From Candidatus Latescibacterota bacterium (GTDB taxonomy: Bacteria; Latescibacterota; UBA2968): a stretch of DNA of 64,000 nucleotides. The translations under genes and the position numbers were made by a program. Below, in pieces: positions 1-7,965 of the stretch (the first letter of the stretch is position 1; the number at the start of each line of letters is the position of its first letter). The stretch covers positions 5,120,001 through 5,184,000 of the forward strand of contig OZ242195.1 in the NCBI GenBank assembly GCA_965205975.1, read 5' to 3'. Below the pieces are notes generated by a model that was not told where the DNA came from, ran no database searches, and saw only the letters and a list, made by a program, of their open reading frames with translations.

Positions 1-204
1 AGGGAGAAGGAGCTGGATGTTTCAGATCGGATCACAGTGACTTATGGCGTGCCTGATGAAGTGGCACCTGCTTTCGAGCAGTTTCGGGATTATATCATGG
101 GTGAGACGCTCTGTACGAGATTGGTTCGCGCAGATGAGGTGGATGGCGATGCGATTGATATAGAGGGTCACAAGGTGATGTTTGAGATTAAAGTTGAGGA
201 ATAA
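1..204 (+). CDS. ileS: Isoleucyl-tRNA synthetase, C-terminal end (partial, runs off window start)
   Basis: Manual translation of frame 1: REKELDVSDRITVTY...FRDYIMGETL...KVEE*, matching the type-2 IleRS C-terminal pattern (L.VSDRI...DYI..ETL); TAA at 202-204. Confidence 0.75.
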   Translation, partial: REKELDVSDRITVTYGVPDEVAPAFEQFRDYIMGETLCTRLVRADEVDGDAIDIEGHKVMFEIKVEE

Positions 205-251
205 AAAAAGAGCGTCAGGAGAGGCGGCGGTTATACCCATTCCTGACGCTC
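204..251 (-). terminator. Rho-independent terminator (possibly bidirectional) between convergent genes
   Basis: GAGCGTCAGGA (210-220) / TCCTGACGCTC (241-251) perfect 11-bp stem; adjacent A-run gives a U-tract on the minus strand. Confidence 0.65.
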
Positions 252-268
252 GACTAAAGTAAAGTGCT

Positions 269-511
269 TCATTTTCTGATTTTGTACAATCCAAAAATAC
301 CCACCGCGATCAATACGCCCGCTGTTGGTCCCGCTATGTCCAATCCCAACCAGAACCCTTCTTTCCACTCGACGCTCTCAGTGCCAAACATTTCATCTAC
401 GACCACTACTTGCTGCTTGTTTTTCGTGAAGATCTGAGTTCCGTCTATGATCCACTTTGCACCTATACCTATCGCGAGTATAAATGTGATTACGCTGATA
501 ATTTTCCACAT
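269..511 (-). CDS. Small membrane protein with two predicted TM helices
   Basis: 80 aa; hydrophobic N- and C-terminal segments; 19 bp downstream of the cytochrome-porin gene. Confidence 0.7.
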   Translation of the reverse strand: MWKIISVITFILAIGIGAKWIIDGTQIFTKNKQQVVVVDEMFGTESVEWKEGFWLGLDIAGPTAGVLIAVGIFGLYKIRK

Positions 512-530
512 GGGCTACTCCACACAGGTG

Positions 531-1676
531 TTAATAAAACACATGCAGTTGTAATGCGTAGCGCGATGAGCGGAAGGTTTCTGTGTCGAGGATGCGATAT
601 TCGGGGCGCAATTCTATTTGCGGTGTTAGAAAAATTTGCATGCCAAATACAGCCTGCTTCGTCGTCAGATCAACAGAGCGCGCTGATGTGCGGATATGCG
701 TTACTTCGCCGGTTTCCCCCCGCGCGAACAAGAGCAGTCCGGGTATTGCTTGAAGTGTGATATCAACCGAGGCGGTTTTTGCCTCGCGCACACCTTCTTT
801 ATCGGATAGGACATATTCGGCCATGAGGGCGATCTTGTCCTGCAATCCGACGCCCGCAAAGAGGTTGGTCATCAAGAAATCGCCGTTTTTGAGCCACGAT
901 CCTCCCAGATAAAAATTCATTTTTTGTTCGACCAATTTGGGCCACAATACGATACGCCCCAGGAATGAGGGTTTGTCGCGGTTTTCGATCAGAGAGGCGT
1001 CTTGTTGTACGGTATTTTCGGAGAGTGCGCGGGCAGAATAAATGCCTGCGGTTAGCGATAGCCACAATTTTTTGTAATAATGCACTTCTGCGCCGTATTC
1101 TGCGTAATTGGGCGCAATTAGCGATGTGGCTCCGGCAACGTCGGGTGTTTGGCGCACGAGCATGGTGTGGTCGTCATACCGCATGCCAATGGTTGGCTGG
1201 AAATGTCCGACGCGCAATGCGGGCCAGTTGTAATTGGGTTGATATATTGCCGATGCTGTCCACGCGCGCTGTCCCGCGTATTTTTCGGGTCCAAAATTAT
1301 AAGAGCCTTCGATTTTCAGGGCATTTGAGGGACGGACAACGCTATATAGCGCGACTTGCATGGGAAATACTTTGCGCTCGGCTTCTGGCGATGTGTGAGA
1401 TCGCGCCATTTGTCCGCGGAGATCTGCGCCCATGAGTACCAGGCCATCGGCATAAGCGGTTTTGCCCGGCAAGACGTAATTGGGTGCGAGCAATCCCACG
1501 CCATCCATTGAGTATTGCCCCAGTTCGTCTCGCTGTGCCCCGCCCTGCGCGGTGATGTGACAGTTCACACATCGATTGGCCGTCAATAATGCAAATTGCG
1601 AGAGGGCATCCGCCTGCCCCACAGAGCACAGCAGGATTAATAGTCCCAGTAATCTAAAATATGCGGTATTGATCAT
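531..1676 (-). CDS. Outer-membrane beta-barrel with an N-terminal single c-type heme motif (Cyc2-like cytochrome-porin fusion)
   Basis: Signal peptide ending ..GQADA, then LSQFALLTANRCVNCH (CxxCH); amphipathic beta-strands; C-terminal aromatic beta-signal ALQLHVFY. Confidence 0.7.
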   Translation of the reverse strand: MINTAYFRLLGLLILLCSVGQADALSQFALLTANRCVNCHITAQGGAQRDELGQYSMDGVGLLAPNYVLPGKTAYADGLVLMGADLRGQMARSHTSPEAERKVFPMQVALYSVVRPSNALKIEGSYNFGPEKYAGQRAWTASAIYQPNYNWPALRVGHFQPTIGMRYDDHTMLVRQTPDVAGATSLIAPNYAEYGAEVHYYKKLWLSLTAGIYSARALSENTVQQDASLIENRDKPSFLGRIVLWPKLVEQKMNFYLGGSWLKNGDFLMTNLFAGVGLQDKIALMAEYVLSDKEGVREAKTASVDITLQAIPGLLLFARGETGEVTHIRTSARSVDLTTKQAVFGMQIFLTPQIELRPEYRILDTETFRSSRYALQLHVFY

Positions 1677-1761
1677 GTTAAGTAGTCCATCGGAATTTTT
1701 TGATATATTGCCCAGTCATTATGAACAAAGAGTAGTGGCATCAAATAAGCGGTATAAAATT

Positions 1762-1796
1762 TTGTCATTGCGGCATGTTTTAAGCCGCAATCCAGT
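1762..1796 (+). repeat. Palindromic REP-like element, left copy (inverted partner at 5773-5808)
   Basis: TTGTCATTGCGGCATGTTTTAAGCCGCAATCCAGT with internal stem ATTGCGGC/GCCGCAAT. Confidence 0.85.
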
Positions 1797-1842
1797 CTGT
1801 TTTTCCCACTTTCCATTATCACAAGACTTATAGGCAGCCACT

Positions 1843-2574
1843 TTATGCCTTTATTGTCTCTGATTCATCAAGTGCCACTCGGTGCGCCTTATGGGATTCC
1901 TCGTAAAAGGTCATTACGTCCATATCTGGAACTTCTTCTGGTGCGAAGTACCATTTTGCAATGAGGTTATGGTCCTCCACAGCCAGCACTGTAAGGTCAA
2001 AGACTACCTCTTGAGTTGGGGATGAACGTTTAACTTTTTCGCGTACATCCTGTATATCTGCGGGGAAGGATGGACCTTGTCTGGGTACAGTGAGTTCGAC
2101 ATGACTGAAATACGGCATTTGTTGATTGAAGACCGCCAGTCCGTGTATCGGTGCGAGGATGTCGAGATAGTAGCGAAGTTTTTTGTCCTTGTAATCGCCA
2201 ACGACAACCTCGCCGACTACAGCACGCACGAGCACACGCACGAAACGCACCAGACACTCAACCTGTTCATTGCTCAATTTCAGGCTAGTTCTCGTTCTGG
2301 AACTTGAAAGTGTCAATATATCTCCGGAGATAGAGAAGCTATTGTTGTGAATAACCTCATTGCGATATGGTAGCAGTTGACAAAAGAGTGCCTTTGAATA
2401 GTCATAAAGGTAGGGTTGATTCTTGAACAGGTCGGGGAGTTGGAGATTGGATTCTTTCTTCAGCAACTTCACCTTTTTTGTGAAAATCCTGGGAACCTCT
2501 ATGCAATTCTTTTCAAATATCCACTCGAAGATCATATCCAATGTTTTGAAGGAAGCAATAAATGTGAAGGGCAT
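1843..2574 (-). CDS. Hypothetical protein (possibly the frameshifted 3' part of the upstream ORF)
   Basis: 243-aa ORF, AT-rich, no recognised motif; begins 8 bp after the upstream stop. Confidence 0.55.
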   Translation of the reverse strand: MPFTFIASFKTLDMIFEWIFEKNCIEVPRIFTKKVKLLKKESNLQLPDLFKNQPYLYDYSKALFCQLLPYRNEVIHNNSFSISGDILTLSSSRTRTSLKLSNEQVECLVRFVRVLVRAVVGEVVVGDYKDKKLRYYLDILAPIHGLAVFNQQMPYFSHVELTVPRQGPSFPADIQDVREKVKRSSPTQEVVFDLTVLAVEDHNLIAKWYFAPEEVPDMDVMTFYEESHKAHRVALDESETIKA

Positions 2575-2582
2575 CGTGGCAT

Positions 2583-3014
2583 TTAGGAGTGTGTAGCACC
2601 TTCAATAGCAAAGTGTTCTTTCAAGGAGGGAGGTATATTGCTATTGCTACTAACCCTTATATTGCTACCCCTCTCACCGTTTTTGATCCCAATCACTGGG
2701 GGCGCATTTTTGCCCTTAACTATATTATAGCGTTTTTCCAGAAAATCGAGAAACCAGATCTCATAATCCAATTTGGTCAGAAGCCTTCCACGCATTGTAT
2801 TTGGGGCATCAGGCATTTCTTCCCTTTTAAGTCTTGACCTGATCCTTTCGAAACGTTTTACAATATCCGGCGTGTAAAAGCGTTCGCCACAACGAAGACA
2901 AACTTCGGCTTGAACTTTCACGATCTCCTTGAGATTTCCACCTCGCAAAATTTTCTCAACTTCCTTTTCAATAATCTCTCCACCGCATACCGGACATTTG
3001 TCAAGTAGCGTCAT
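2583..3014 (-). CDS. YgiT-type zinc-finger protein (MqsA-like antitoxin domain) fused to an unrelated C-terminal segment
   Basis: CPVCGG...AEVCLRCGERFY motif; start reassigned to ATG 3014 (AAGGAG upstream, ATGA overlap with the upstream remnant). Confidence 0.7.
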   Translation of the reverse strand: MTLLDKCPVCGGEIIEKEVEKILRGGNLKEIVKVQAEVCLRCGERFYTPDIVKRFERIRSRLKREEMPDAPNTMRGRLLTKLDYEIWFLDFLEKRYNIVKGKNAPPVIGIKNGERGSNIRVSSNSNIPPSLKEHFAIEGATHS

Positions 3015-3106
3015 GATTTCGTTCTCCTTGCACGCCAATTGATCCAACCTGTTGGGAGTGGGTGATAAACAGTAATCAAGATTGCCCATTGATTTTCTAC
3101 GATTAC
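3011..3106 (-). pseudogene. 3' remnant of a DUF4258-type toxin gene
   Basis: Manual translation VIVENQWAILITVYHPLPTGWINWRARRTKS*; typical DUF4258 C-terminus (WA.LITVY.P....W..W..RR); stop overlaps the YgiT start; no start codon. Confidence 0.6.
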
Positions 3107-3107
3107 A

Positions 3108-3455
3108 TCAATACTCAATAATTGCCACAATTGCGCTGGCTATTGATTTCATAACCACTTTAGAGGTGTCGCCAATTTTTTTAACAAATCTTTGTGTATC
3201 AACACCACGGAGTTGTAACGTGTCAACTGCTGATAGCTTGGTCAATCCATTGCCACTATCAGGCATCACTTTGACATGCCAAACGTTAGAAGTAAAATAA
3301 TGTTTCCATTCCGTCAATGGAGCGACCAGCCGAATTGGTAACGTGCCAACCGCATCAGAGTTTACAACAACAACGGGGCGAGTCTTTTGGATTTCTGTGC
3401 CGACAGTTGGATCGAGATTTACCAACCAGATTTCACCGCGTTTAATACGCATCAA
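3108..3455 (-). CDS. Type II TA toxin, PemK/MazF family endoribonuclease
   Basis: KRGEIWLVNLDPTVGTEIQKTRPVVVV signature; QLRGVD motif. Confidence 0.93.
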   Translation of the reverse strand: MMRIKRGEIWLVNLDPTVGTEIQKTRPVVVVNSDAVGTLPIRLVAPLTEWKHYFTSNVWHVKVMPDSGNGLTKLSAVDTLQLRGVDTQRFVKKIGDTSKVVMKSIASAIVAIIEY

Positions 3456-3697
3456 TCAAAATCTCCTGCTTGCCATTCAGTTCGTTCAGCCCTTGTCTGT
3501 TCGTAGTGACTCTTCATCTGTTTGGCTTGTTGTGCTAAAATTCGGCGACGTTCATCAATGGAGAGGCTTGCAAAATTCTCTTGAGGCATCGTGTCATTGT
3601 CAACGAGGTTTTGCAAAAAATGAAAGGCAAGTGACAATTTTGTCTCTGGGAGTTTATTAGCCAGTTCTTGAACATGAGCGTGAGTAATTGTTTCCAT
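3452..3697 (-). CDS. Putative antitoxin upstream of the PemK/MazF toxin
   Basis: Start reassigned to ATG 3697 (AAGGAGGAG RBS); 81 aa; acidic C-terminus WQAGDFD; 4-nt overlap with the toxin ORF. Confidence 0.7.
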   Translation of the reverse strand: METITHAHVQELANKLPETKLSLAFHFLQNLVDNDTMPQENFASLSIDERRRILAQQAKQMKSHYEQTRAERTEWQAGDFD

Positions 3698-3786
3698 TTT
3701 TCTCCTCCTTAATCTCAGGGGGATATCTCTGCATATTCTCGTGTGGGATGATGTGCATCTGACTTTGCGTGATCCTGCCAAGCAAC

Positions 3787-4815
3787 TCAGGTATTCTCGA
3801 GTAGCGGAACCTCGCAAGCAACTTCAATCTGGTTAAACCCGCATGGCTCAGATTCTTGCAATTGAGGCCAAAAGACATTTTCGTAGCCAGAAGTGATTGC
3901 ATCCAACTCTGTCTTTGTCCGCCATAATAATCCCGCATCGGTTTTATAGAGCCACGCCTGGCCGAGATCATATAGCCCCTGTTCAGGGTCTTCACCCCTA
4001 AAAATGAACTGATGTGGCTTAATGAATTGATGTGGCTTTTGATTGCTGCGCCCACGAGGGAGATAATCATCAAAGTTCAACCATTCCGTCTTTTTAATGG
4101 CTACAGTAGAGACGTGCATTGTTGCTCTAACATGAACCTTGAGGTCACCGCCACCAAAAATTGAAAAGTAATCCCTGTCGGGGTTCACTGTAATAACACG
4201 TTCTGGATCTCCGTCAACGGAGGTATTGTACCTTTGAGCGACCAACTTCCTAACCCAATAAGCGAGGTCATAGATCTGTTGAAGTCGGTCACGGATATCG
4301 CTGGAAAGCTGGAGGCTAAAGTTGAGCAGGAGAGGCGAGGAAAATGATTCTGTAAACTTATTGATGTCACCACGAAGATCTGTAAGAATTCTCAGGTCAA
4401 TTTTCTCCTGAGATACGGCTTTTTTGAGCATATGGCCTAATGCATGGCGCAGGTTGTTTTCAGCCACCTGTGTGTCTATGCGATCAACTTTCGATACGAT
4501 ATAATCAATCTTACGTTCAATGCGGGCCATTGTTTCTTGCAAATGGTCCATTTTATCGTGCAGGCTGTTAATCCTGTGTGCGATGTACACAGAAACTCCC
4601 AAGTTCAAGATAGAAGCAATGAGATTGGCTCCAGCCAGGCCAGCAGATAGGCCCGATTCACCAGCGACCATAGGATTGGAGGGTATCTCGGCGCTGTCTG
4701 GCGGCAAGTATCGGATGTTCTGCGGATTAGGAATCGGCCCATTTTGACCGAGCACTTGATACGCGAGCCTTCCAGATTGCCCAGGTCCCAGTTTGTCAAA
4801 AGACACTGTGTTCAT
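3787..4815 (-). CDS. Hypothetical protein with a Gly/Ala-rich hydrophobic helix followed by a coiled coil
   Basis: 342-aa ORF; SGLSAGLAGANLIASILNLGVSVYI followed by heptad-like INSLHDKMDHLQETMARIERKIDYIVSKVDRID. Confidence 0.7.
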   Translation of the reverse strand: MNTVSFDKLGPGQSGRLAYQVLGQNGPIPNPQNIRYLPPDSAEIPSNPMVAGESGLSAGLAGANLIASILNLGVSVYIAHRINSLHDKMDHLQETMARIERKIDYIVSKVDRIDTQVAENNLRHALGHMLKKAVSQEKIDLRILTDLRGDINKFTESFSSPLLLNFSLQLSSDIRDRLQQIYDLAYWVRKLVAQRYNTSVDGDPERVITVNPDRDYFSIFGGGDLKVHVRATMHVSTVAIKKTEWLNFDDYLPRGRSNQKPHQFIKPHQFIFRGEDPEQGLYDLGQAWLYKTDAGLLWRTKTELDAITSGYENVFWPQLQESEPCGFNQIEVACEVPLLENT

Positions 4816-5723
4816 TGTTTCCCCCCTTTAAGTTGTTGAATTCGTTCATAAAACGAGCGATTTCATCTGAATCATGAGAACATAGTTGCGGTTTTGTATC
4901 ACCAAACATCCATCGCCGATAGTAAGACATTGCACCTGTTGTTTCACAAGAGGCAATTGCATCCGCAAAGGCTAACGAAATCATGTAGTCTAAGTCATGT
5001 TTTGTGTTTATCAAACGCTTTTTAAATTTTTCGGGTATTTTCTTAAAAGTATCCTTACCTTTGACTGTCGCAGAGCAAGGCAAGAAGCGATTTACCGAAA
5101 TGCCATATAGTCCAAGTATCATCTACGTCCTCGGGATTTAGTAAAACATCTAAACCATCCTTTTTCGCAATTTGCTTAATCGCACCTATTGCTGTTGACT
5201 GAATAACATCTTGATGGTTGACGACATTGTAACAAAATTGCACGACTTGTTCGTCATGTCCATTTTTATTTTTTATCTCTTGAGCAGATAGCGGCCAACT
5301 TGCAAAGCCTTGGAATAGTGTAACTATATCGTGGCCTTCTCGTTCTTTCACATAGATCTTAACGAGTTTTTTCATATCGGCAGGTTGATACTGCGGATTA
5401 TTCGCTATCATTTCCCGTATGCGTCTGGTTTTTTCATCATGTAAAGGGTCGCCATACCGACGGTTTTTTTTTAACTCGAACCTATACATCGGAGATACAT
5501 GTTCCCATACCTCAATAGCGTCCACGCCCGCCTTTAGTTTATTCATTGATGCGCGCCATTGGTTGGTATCATCTGTGCTACAAAGCTCGTAAATTAAAGT
5601 GTCGATTAGCACGATGCGACCACCTTGTTTACATATAGCACGAAACGGCGCACCATCTTTGCGCATGCCGCGAATGTAGTTTGCATCAATTATAATGCGT
5701 GGATTTGTCGGGTGTTCGTTCAT
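4796..5723 (-). pseudogene. PIN-like domain protein split by a frameshift near 5060 (ORFs 5055-5723 and 4796-5122)
   Basis: N-part has IIIDANY and TLIYEL; the overlapping second frame continues KGKDTF...NTKHDLDY...ADAIASCET, resembling the remaining PIN acidic motifs. Confidence 0.55.
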
Positions 5724-5772
5724 TGTTCTCCTTGTCTGTCAGTTTTATCTGTGGTTGGATAACCTAAAAACC

Positions 5773-5808
5773 ACTGGATTGCGGCTCAACACCATGCCGC
5801 AATGACAA
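5773..5808 (-). repeat. Palindromic REP-like element, right copy (inverted partner of 1762-1796)
   Basis: Reverse complement TTGTCATTGCGGCATGGTGTTGAGCCGCAATCCAGT: first 16 and last 14 nt identical to the left copy; only the loop differs. Confidence 0.85.
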
Positions 5809-5845
5809 TCACTATTCTACGGCTCCTTTGAGATTGCTTTGCCTT

Positions 5846-5895
5846 TTCATCTGCGTTCATCTGCGTCCATCTGCGTTCATCTGCGTTCATCTGCG
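5846..5895. repeat. Tandem decamer array (TYCATCTGCG)x5
   Basis: Direct reading; same unit at 27336-27365 and (reverse complement) at 54132-54154. Confidence 0.9.
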
Positions 5896-5908
5896 GATGC
5901 TTTTGGTC

Positions 5909-6478
5909 TTAAAAAGTCTGCCCATCTCCGGGCGGATTGCCGCCGAAAGTGACTGGCAGGCCGGTCAGGTCGCGCAAGAATATTTGCAGGCGAATGATGT
6001 GTACATTGCCCGCTCCCATGCGCATGTTCAGGCCATCTATAACTTCTGGCGTGATAAAATCGAGATTTTGCAAAAGAAAAGTGATCCCATCAAGATAATC
6101 TACAAAGGCGGCTTCAAATTCCTCGGTGTGCAATTTGAGCAGATACGGGTTTGCGGGACGCATGTCGTGCAATGTAGATTGAATGGCGTGAATCCGCGCG
6201 ATCATGGTGTTTATAAATTCCCGCGACCAGTAGAGCGGGACCAGGTCATTCGTGAGCTCGACAGTTACGCCGCTATATTCTATCAAAAAGACATCAATAG
6301 ATGTAAAAACCCGGTTGATGTCGGCAACATAGGCATCGGCCTCATCCACGGTGACATGGTCATATACCTGTTCAGCAGATGGTTCGGGCGCAGGGGTCAC
6401 GGGGTTGGACGAACCACATCCCGTGTACAACACCAGCAGTGCAAAACACAAAATCCATCGTTTCATAAAATGCCTCAT
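5909..6478 (-). CDS. Putative lipoprotein
   Basis: Start reassigned to 6478 (ATGA overlap with upstream stop); MRHFMKRWILCFALLVLYTGC lipobox-like; helical body. Confidence 0.7.
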   Translation of the reverse strand: MRHFMKRWILCFALLVLYTGCGSSNPVTPAPEPSAEQVYDHVTVDEADAYVADINRVFTSIDVFLIEYSGVTVELTNDLVPLYWSREFINTMIARIHAIQSTLHDMRPANPYLLKLHTEEFEAAFVDYLDGITFLLQNLDFITPEVIDGLNMRMGAGNVHIIRLQIFLRDLTGLPVTFGGNPPGDGQTF

Positions 6479-6990
6479 TCGTTGTGTCCCATATAAAGCA
6501 GACGCCGTTTCTGATATCTTCTGGTATTGTTTAAAAAGCGCGCGATTTCGTCTTCTGACAATGTGCGACGCGGTTTGGCGGGTACTCCGGCGACAAGTGT
6601 GCGCGGCGCGACCTCTGCGCCTTCCAATATCAGGGCGTGGGCAGCCACCAGTGCAGATTCGCCCACTGCCGAGCCAGTTAATACGGTTGCCCCCATTCCG
6701 ATGGTCACGCCCTGTTCTATTTGACAACCGTGCAAGATCGCATTGTGCCCTACGGTCACATTTTTACCGACATTACAGGGATAGCCCGGGTCGGTATGCA
6801 CGACAGTGCCGTCCTGGATATTTGAGCCTTCGCCGATTACAATGGGTTCAACATCACCCCGAATCACGGCGTTGAACCAGATGCTCGCGTGTGCTTCAAT
6901 CACCACGTCGCCAATTACAACAGCACCAGGCGCGATATAAGCCGACGGATCTATGTGAGGGTTTTTGTCCTTATAAGGCAAAATTGTCAT
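6475..6990 (-). CDS. Gamma carbonic anhydrase family protein (YrdA/PaaY-like)
   Basis: Hexapeptide repeats; IRGD, SNIQDG..VH, VGHNAILHGC motifs; start at MTILPY. Confidence 0.92.
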   Translation of the reverse strand: MTILPYKDKNPHIDPSAYIAPGAVVIGDVVIEAHASIWFNAVIRGDVEPIVIGEGSNIQDGTVVHTDPGYPCNVGKNVTVGHNAILHGCQIEQGVTIGMGATVLTGSAVGESALVAAHALILEGAEVAPRTLVAGVPAKPRRTLSEDEIARFLNNTRRYQKRRLLYMGHNE

Positions 6991-6994
6991 TGCG

Positions 6995-7954
6995 CTATCT
7001 CCGCTTGTCACCCTCAACAGGCCCCAGCGTGAAGGTCTCACCGCTTTGCGTGGCTCTGGCTCCTGTCACCAGCCCGCTTACAAAACCAAAGATGCCAAAA
7101 ATTGCGGCGGCCCAGATTGTCGTCTCTTTGACGTCGGCATTGGCCTGCCAGGCGGCAAGTGCCCCGGTTAATGCGCCCATTGCGGCACCTCCAATCCCCT
7201 GTACAATTGCCCGTTCCATCGCCACGGAGCCGCGTTCCCCAAAGAATTGCACTTTGTTAATTTTATCTACCGGAACCTTTTGTACGCTCAATTCCGTCTC
7301 GATCAAAATATTATTATCTTCATAGGCGGGCAAAAATTCGCCTTTGATTTGTTTTTTATCCTTCAGAGTGACCATTCCGGGAAAGCGTGTTTGTACTCGA
7401 AAACGCACCCTGCGTTCTTCAAAAGAGATGGCATCCTCGGTATATTGTGGGTAGGTATCGTCTATTTTGGAGGAGTCTGCAATTGTGTACTCGCCTTTTA
7501 CGATTTCATCAAAATGTTCGATGTATTCTCTCAAGCGGCGCAGATCATTTTCACTTTGCACATTCACCAGCTGTGTTTCAATGCGAGGACCTGATCGATA
7601 CTGAATTTTTACGGCGAGTTTGCCGTTGTCTTGTTTCATAAATTCGGCAAATTGAAAGCCCGCTACGCCCAGATGTAAGATCGAAAGATCTATTTTTTGA
7701 GTATAAATGGTTGCCCCCTGAAACAAAGCGTAGCGATTGCTTTCTTCTAAGTCGATTTGAGGACCCACCCGAGAGCTTAACACGATGCGCGTGCCCGATA
7801 CCTGCCGCACATCGACTATCTCCCAGCCATCATGTCCCAATTGGTAAATCCCGCGCTCGTATTGTGTTTTCTTTTCGCTTTCTGCTGCCCGAACAGGACA
7901 AACCGCAAGCAAAAAGCTCATCGCAGTGATTAATGAAATCGATTTTTTAATCAT
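6995..7954 (-). CDS. Secreted/membrane-anchored hypothetical protein
   Basis: Signal peptide MIKKSISLITAMSFLLAVCPVRA; two Gly-rich C-terminal hydrophobic helices. Confidence 0.7.
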   Translation of the reverse strand: MIKKSISLITAMSFLLAVCPVRAAESEKKTQYERGIYQLGHDGWEIVDVRQVSGTRIVLSSRVGPQIDLEESNRYALFQGATIYTQKIDLSILHLGVAGFQFAEFMKQDNGKLAVKIQYRSGPRIETQLVNVQSENDLRRLREYIEHFDEIVKGEYTIADSSKIDDTYPQYTEDAISFEERRVRFRVQTRFPGMVTLKDKKQIKGEFLPAYEDNNILIETELSVQKVPVDKINKVQFFGERGSVAMERAIVQGIGGAAMGALTGALAAWQANADVKETTIWAAAIFGIFGFVSGLVTGARATQSGETFTLGPVEGDKRR

Positions 7955-7965
7955 GAAATTCTCCT

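Noticed and set aside
1797..5772. Integron cassette array
   Set aside because: No intI and no recurring attC-like sites between the genes that I could identify
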